The notes under the pieces were generated by a model, which did no database searches, was not told where the DNA came from, and worked only from the letters and a program-made list of their open reading frames with translations. A stretch of DNA of 61,507 bases, filler included. It is 4 parts of 4 records of this genome, joined end to end, with 100 filler letters (N's around TTAATTAATTAA, not from the genome) between each part and the next. Parts side by side here need not be neighbours in the genome. Positions count along the whole stretch, not along the records: positions 54,165 to 61,507 come from SRR20825006_2161; 3 more parts are not named here. The stretch is one strand, 5' to 3'. Positions 57,477 to 61,507 of the stretch are shown one piece after another (position 1 is the first letter of the stretch; the number at the start of each line of letters is the position of its first letter). A program made the translations under genes and the position numbers.

Positions 57477-58961
57477 ATGGGTGGCGGATTTTACGATGTC
57501 GACGTGGCGACCAACGCACGCGCGAACACGAGCAGCAATGATGCCTTCTCCTACGAGGGTTACAACTACGGCGCGGACAGCGCGACAGCGCGACGCGGCG
57601 TACACCCGGACCTCGACCCCAACGGCAAGACCCGCGAGTGCTGCAACGAGATCCCGATCGTCATGGCGCTCGATGTGACGCGCTCGCGAGGTGATGACAC
57701 CAAGGTCATGTACGAGAAGCTCCCGATGTTCATCGGACAGCTCGAGCTGCATGGTTACGTCCCGGGAGCAGCGATCAGCTTCGCCGCCGTCGGCGACGCG
57801 AACAGCGACCAGGCGCCCATCCAGATCGGACAGTTCGAGGCGGACAACCGCCTCGACGCCGTGCTCCAGAACTTCTGGATCGAGGAAGGAGGCGGAGGAA
57901 CCGGCCAGGAGTCCTACGAGCTGGCGGCCTATTACTACGCGCGCCACACCAAGCTCGACGCGTTCGAGCGCGGCGAGAAAGGCTTCTTCTTCTTTGTCGG
58001 AGACGAGGGGTTCTATCCCACCGTCAGCAAGGAGCACATCGAGGCGATCTTCGGGAGGCAGGAGCCTGCAGACATCGACTCGCGCCAGATCTTTGCCGAG
58101 TTGCAAGAGCGCTTTCACGTCTTCTACGTCTTCCCCAAGGCGAGCTTCGAGGATCGCAAGCAAGACATCGACGCCGAGATCAAGCAACGCGTCGAGGCGG
58201 CTGGCGGGCAGTACGAGAACGTGGATGTGCGCGCCTCGTTGCTCTGGAACAACACCAATGACCTCGATCTGCACGTGATCACTCCGAGCGGTCAGCGCAT
58301 CTTCTATCAGAACAAGCGCTCTTCATGCGGAGGTTGGCTCGATGTGGATATGAACGTCCGTGGCGAGACAACAAAACCGGTCGAGAACATCCGCTGGGAG
58401 AAAGGCAAGGCGCCCAAGGGAACCTACGAGGTCAGGGTCCAGAACTTCCGCTTCCACGATCCGAGCATGAAGCCGACCCCATACGAGCTCGAGGTCGAGG
58501 TCCACGGAGAGATCCAGCGCTTTAAAGGGGTCATCTCCCCAAACAAACAGACCGGCGGCGCGAGCGAGATCCTCGTTCACAGCTTCTACTTCGACCCGGA
58601 CGCGGCCACCGAAGCCGCCCCCGAGGAGGAGGCAGACGACCACTACGCCAACTACGATGACGCCGTCATCCGCGCGCAGTGGGCCGAGGCCATCGGCGAG
58701 GAGAACATCCTCGAGATCGAAGATCCTCACGCCATCATCGACGTGATGCTCGGCGCCATGGCGATCACTCGCGGCACCCATGACATCGACGCCTTCATCG
58801 GCGAGATGACGCGCCGCAACCAGTCCGCCGACCGCCGCAGGATGGTCGAAGCCGCGCTGCTGCCACTGAGCACGCGCCAGCTCATCCCGACCAACCTCAC
58901 CGGGAACCTCCCCACGAGCGACGAGGCGCCTGACAGAGGCAGCAAGACAAGGCGCCTCTGA
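57477..58961 (+). CDS. vWA-domain protein with inserted YfaP/DUF2135-like domain
   Basis: AGGAGG SD and ATG at 57477; LDVTRS, GGGGTGQESYE and FVGDE; insert LLWNNTNDLDLHV...LDVD...ENIRW...GTYEV. Confidence 0.8.
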   Translation: MGGGFYDVDVATNARANTSSNDAFSYEGYNYGADSATARRGVHPDLDPNGKTRECCNEIPIVMALDVTRSRGDDTKVMYEKLPMFIGQLELHGYVPGAAISFAAVGDANSDQAPIQIGQFEADNRLDAVLQNFWIEEGGGGTGQESYELAAYYYARHTKLDAFERGEKGFFFFVGDEGFYPTVSKEHIEAIFGRQEPADIDSRQIFAELQERFHVFYVFPKASFEDRKQDIDAEIKQRVEAAGGQYENVDVRASLLWNNTNDLDLHVITPSGQRIFYQNKRSSCGGWLDVDMNVRGETTKPVENIRWEKGKAPKGTYEVRVQNFRFHDPSMKPTPYELEVEVHGEIQRFKGVISPNKQTGGASEILVHSFYFDPDAATEAAPEEEADDHYANYDDAVIRAQWAEAIGEENILEIEDPHAIIDVMLGAMAITRGTHDIDAFIGEMTRRNQSADRRRMVEAALLPLSTRQLIPTNLTGNLPTSDEAPDRGSKTRRL

Positions 58962-59010
58962 GCCTCAGATACCTGGCATCGCGCCGCCAGTTCATGGCGA
59001 TCAACACCCC

Positions 59011-59063
59011 GTGAGGGGGCGGCCAGCGGCAATGAGAATCATTGCCGCTGGCCGCCCCCTCAC
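59011..59063. repeat. Perfect 25-bp inverted repeat inside the operon
   Basis: GTGAGGGGGCGGCCAGCGGCAATGA-GAA-TCATTGCCGCTGGCCGCCCCCTCAC. Confidence 0.9.
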
Positions 59064-59087
59064 CCGAGGAACCGAGACGAGAGGAGC

Positions 59088-60497
59088 ATGAAGATGAAGC
59101 ACGCGATCGTGACAGGGCTCTCCTTTGGAGACGAGGGCAAGGGGACCACCGTCGACTACCTCGCCAGGGAGTTCGCCGCGCAGGGGGACTCGCCGACCAT
59201 CGTCCGCTACAACGGAGGGCCACAGGCCGCGCACCACGTCGTCGACGCGCGAGGCAGGGTTCACTGCTTCTCTCAGTTTGGCGCGGGGATGTTTGTCCCG
59301 AACGCGAGGACGCTCCTCTCGAGGTTCATGCTCGTGGAGCCATTCGCGCTCGTTCGCGAGGCAAGGCTCCTCGAAACGCTCGGCGTATGCGACCCGCTAA
59401 AGCGCGCGAGCATCGATAACCGCGCGGTGCTCGTGACCCCGTATCATCGGGCGATCAACCGACTTATGGAAATAAACCGGGGCGAACACCGCCACGGGAG
59501 CTGCGGTTTGGGAGTCGGTCAAGCCTGGCTCGATCATCTCCACCGCCGCGCGCCCTCGGTGCGCGTCGGAGACATCGAGGATCTGGAGCGCTTCACGCAC
59601 CGCCTCGAGCAACAACGCCTCGCAAAATACGACCTCGCCATCCAACTCGACACGGGCGAGTTGGGAGAAGAGGCCGACCAGGCCCTCGCGATGCTTCGTG
59701 ACAGGCAACTCTGCAAACAGATCGCGCGAGACGCGCGCGAGATCCTGCTCGGGATCACCCGCGATGAAGGAGAAAGCCTGGAGCACGCATTACGCGCCGG
59801 GCGCGTGATCTTCGAGGGCGCGCAAGGCGTGCTGCTCGACGCCGAGCGCGGCTTCTTTCCACATGTCACGGCCACGCGAACGACCACGCACAACGCGAAC
59901 ATCTTGCTCGAGGAAGCGGGCGCGAGCGGCGATGACGTCAAACGCCTCGGCATCCTTCGGGCCTACAACACGCGCCACGGAGCTGGCCCCTTCCCCACCG
60001 AACGCGCCGATCTCACCGAACAGATCCCCGACTGGCACAACGGCCAAAACCGGTGGCAAGGGGGATGGCGCGTGGGGGATTTCGACGCCGTCCTGGCGAG
60101 GTATGCGTTGAGCGCATGCAAAGATATCGACGCGCTCGTGCTCACGAACCTCGATCGGCTCGACGGGCGACAGAGCGTCGAGATGGCGACTTGCTATGAG
60201 AATAACCCGCTGGAAGAGCTCGGGGAGTCACCGACCCTGGAGGAGTTGTCGATCGCCACACGCTCGCTGACCGGCGAGGACGTTTGTCCGAAAACAGTGA
60301 GCGCGCCTGGCTGGAGCCAGGCGCGCTCGAAGAATGAGGGGCTATCTGAACGCGCGATGCAGTGGGTCAACCTGATCGCCAGCGAGTGCGGCGATTACCC
60401 GGTCGAGCTCCTCTCGGTCGGCGCGACCGCGCAGGACAAGCTCAGGCTCTGCGACGGCGCCTGGCGAATCCAAAGGCCAAACCTGCAAGTAGCATGA
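59088..60497 (+). CDS. Divergent adenylosuccinate synthetase (PurA) family protein
   Basis: GDEGKG, FEGAQGVLLD, FPHVT and TRHGAGPFPTE; substrate loops differ from housekeeping PurA. Confidence 0.9.
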   Translation: MKMKHAIVTGLSFGDEGKGTTVDYLAREFAAQGDSPTIVRYNGGPQAAHHVVDARGRVHCFSQFGAGMFVPNARTLLSRFMLVEPFALVREARLLETLGVCDPLKRASIDNRAVLVTPYHRAINRLMEINRGEHRHGSCGLGVGQAWLDHLHRRAPSVRVGDIEDLERFTHRLEQQRLAKYDLAIQLDTGELGEEADQALAMLRDRQLCKQIARDAREILLGITRDEGESLEHALRAGRVIFEGAQGVLLDAERGFFPHVTATRTTTHNANILLEEAGASGDDVKRLGILRAYNTRHGAGPFPTERADLTEQIPDWHNGQNRWQGGWRVGDFDAVLARYALSACKDIDALVLTNLDRLDGRQSVEMATCYENNPLEELGESPTLEELSIATRSLTGEDVCPKTVSAPGWSQARSKNEGLSERAMQWVNLIASECGDYPVELLSVGATAQDKLRLCDGAWRIQRPNLQVA

Positions 60498-61507
60498 GGA
60501 ACCCACCCGAGGCGCCGCCTGCGGTCGTCGTATTGCAACCTCTGGAGCCTTCCTCTTCGTCCGGCGTCTGATTTGACGGCTGACGCTCAGAAGGAGGAAT
60601 GTCGGTGACATTGCCTTCATCGTCGACCATCTGTGAAGGGGGCTTCATGTAGTTCTCGGCGGCCGGGTCCTCGCACACGCCAAGGTCGACGATGTTCTCG
60701 ATGTAGAGTGGTTGTCCGGTCTCGGGGACGGTCCCATCGAGCAGATCCTCGATGCTCTTTCCCGCGAGGGTATCCTCGGCGACCTCGCCGGTGGTGTTTG
60801 GCCCTGGCGCGACCGATGGCGCGCGATCTTCACCGGAGGGAGGAGGACCATTCCAGCGACCGCGGACCTTGTGCTCGCACGCGTACTCACCGGGGTACTG
60901 GTTGTGAATGATGTAGCGCCCCTGGAACTGGTTGTCCGCCGAGTCGAGCTGGGTTGGCTGGTGGTTTGTGCCAGCGCTCCCCCGACCGCCGTACACTGGC
61001 ACCGCGGCGGTGAACACGAGATCCTGCGTCATCGCATTCTTGCCATAGCGCGCGTGCAACCTCGTGATCGTCAGTTGATTGAGCAGCGCGGACGCGTTCC
61101 ACGGATCGACCTCGCCGCCGATCTCGTCAGGAGCGACCACATCCCCACCAAAGGTCGCCATATCATCGAGGCTCAAGGGAGCCTCCGGGCAAGGATCGCA
61201 CTTCCCGGCGCCCCAGGCGTATTCGGTGACGATGGCGCCGGGGTTCTCGGCGAGCGTGCGCGAGAAGACCTTTTCATAGAACGCGGGGAAGTCCTGCTTG
61301 ACCTCTTCGGTGACGTTGAGGTTGGTCGGGATGAGCGCGTTGGGGTAGTTCGCCAGGCCATAGCGCTGACCGAACCCGAGCGTATAGACGAGCAGATCCT
61401 GCTCACCGCCGGAGTTGACCATCCCGAGCCTGATGGGGAGTGAGAACTCCGGGCTGGTGTAGTGAAAGCGGAGCGGTGAGAGGACGGCTTGACCGTCCTC
61501 GAAGGTG
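60442..61507 (-). CDS. DUF2330-like protein with MYXO-CTERM-like sorting tail (5' truncated)
   Basis: Frame stays open to the window end: LSPLRFHY...LPIRLGMVNS, VTEYAW, TRLHARY; tail GC...hydrophobic helix...RRRRR. Confidence 0.8.
   Translation of the reverse strand, partial: TFEDGQAVLSPLRFHYTSPEFSLPIRLGMVNSGGEQDLLVYTLGFGQRYGLANYPNALIPTNLNVTEEVKQDFPAFYEKVFSRTLAENPGAIVTEYAWGAGKCDPCPEAPLSLDDMATFGGDVVAPDEIGGEVDPWNASALLNQLTITRLHARYGKNAMTQDLVFTAAVPVYGGRGSAGTNHQPTQLDSADNQFQGRYIIHNQYPGEYACEHKVRGRWNGPPPSGEDRAPSVAPGPNTTGEVAEDTLAGKSIEDLLDGTVPETGQPLYIENIVDLGVCEDPAAENYMKPPSQMVDDEGNVTDIPPSERQPSNQTPDEEEGSRGCNTTTAGGASGGFLMLLAGLAFGFARRRRRA

Noticed and set aside
59088-60497. PurZ (2-aminoadenine pathway) or housekeeping purA
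   Set aside because: The P-loop keeps Asp (GDEGKG), unlike PurZ, and there is no phage context; the aspartate and IMP loops differ from true PurA, so no gene symbol was given.
60442-60497. 56-nt convergent overlap of the PurA-like and DUF2330 genes as a functional link
   Set aside because: Short 3' overlaps are common in GC-rich genomes and nothing else ties the genes together.

Overview
The window is not one genome. It holds four unrelated contigs joined by 100-nt artificial spacers (N-run, TTAATTAATTAA, N-run) at 25978-26077, 40112-40211 and 54065-54164. Contig 1 (1-25977, AT-rich, Flavobacteriaceae-like) is the end of a tRNA-integrated island. It carries a tyrosine integrase, a bacteriocin-type cluster with two unannotated double-glycine-type precursors, AraC regulators, and a type I restriction-modification locus interleaved with accessory genes. 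It also has a cyclase-like gene, a 358-aa/HEPN gene pair whose 3' end overlaps a tRNA-mimic RNA with an abnormally long anticodon arm, an XRE regulator and a long hairpin before a SusC-like gene. Contig 2 (26078-40111, Rhodopirellula-like planctomycete) has an ECF sigma/Ser-Thr kinase-TAXI pair, two sulfatases, trpC, purH, hisF, dciA-like, dnaN, a symmetric oriC candidate and cutA. Contig 3 (40212-54064, alphaproteobacterial) has hmgA-fahA, a TonB receptor, purC, higBA, a repeat-flanked HEPN-like gene and htpG. Contig 4 (54165-61507, Myxococcota-like) has a GGDEF gene and a three-gene operon (J-domain pseudokinase, vWA protein with an inserted YfaP-like domain, substrate-altered PurA paralogue) behind NrtR-like operators, followed by a DUF2330/MYXO-CTERM gene. 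The two best candidates for undescribed systems are the HEPN plus tRNA-mimic module (21534-23519) and the pseudokinase-vWA-PurA-like operon (56158-60497). Taxonomic and family calls come from motif recognition only; no searches were run.
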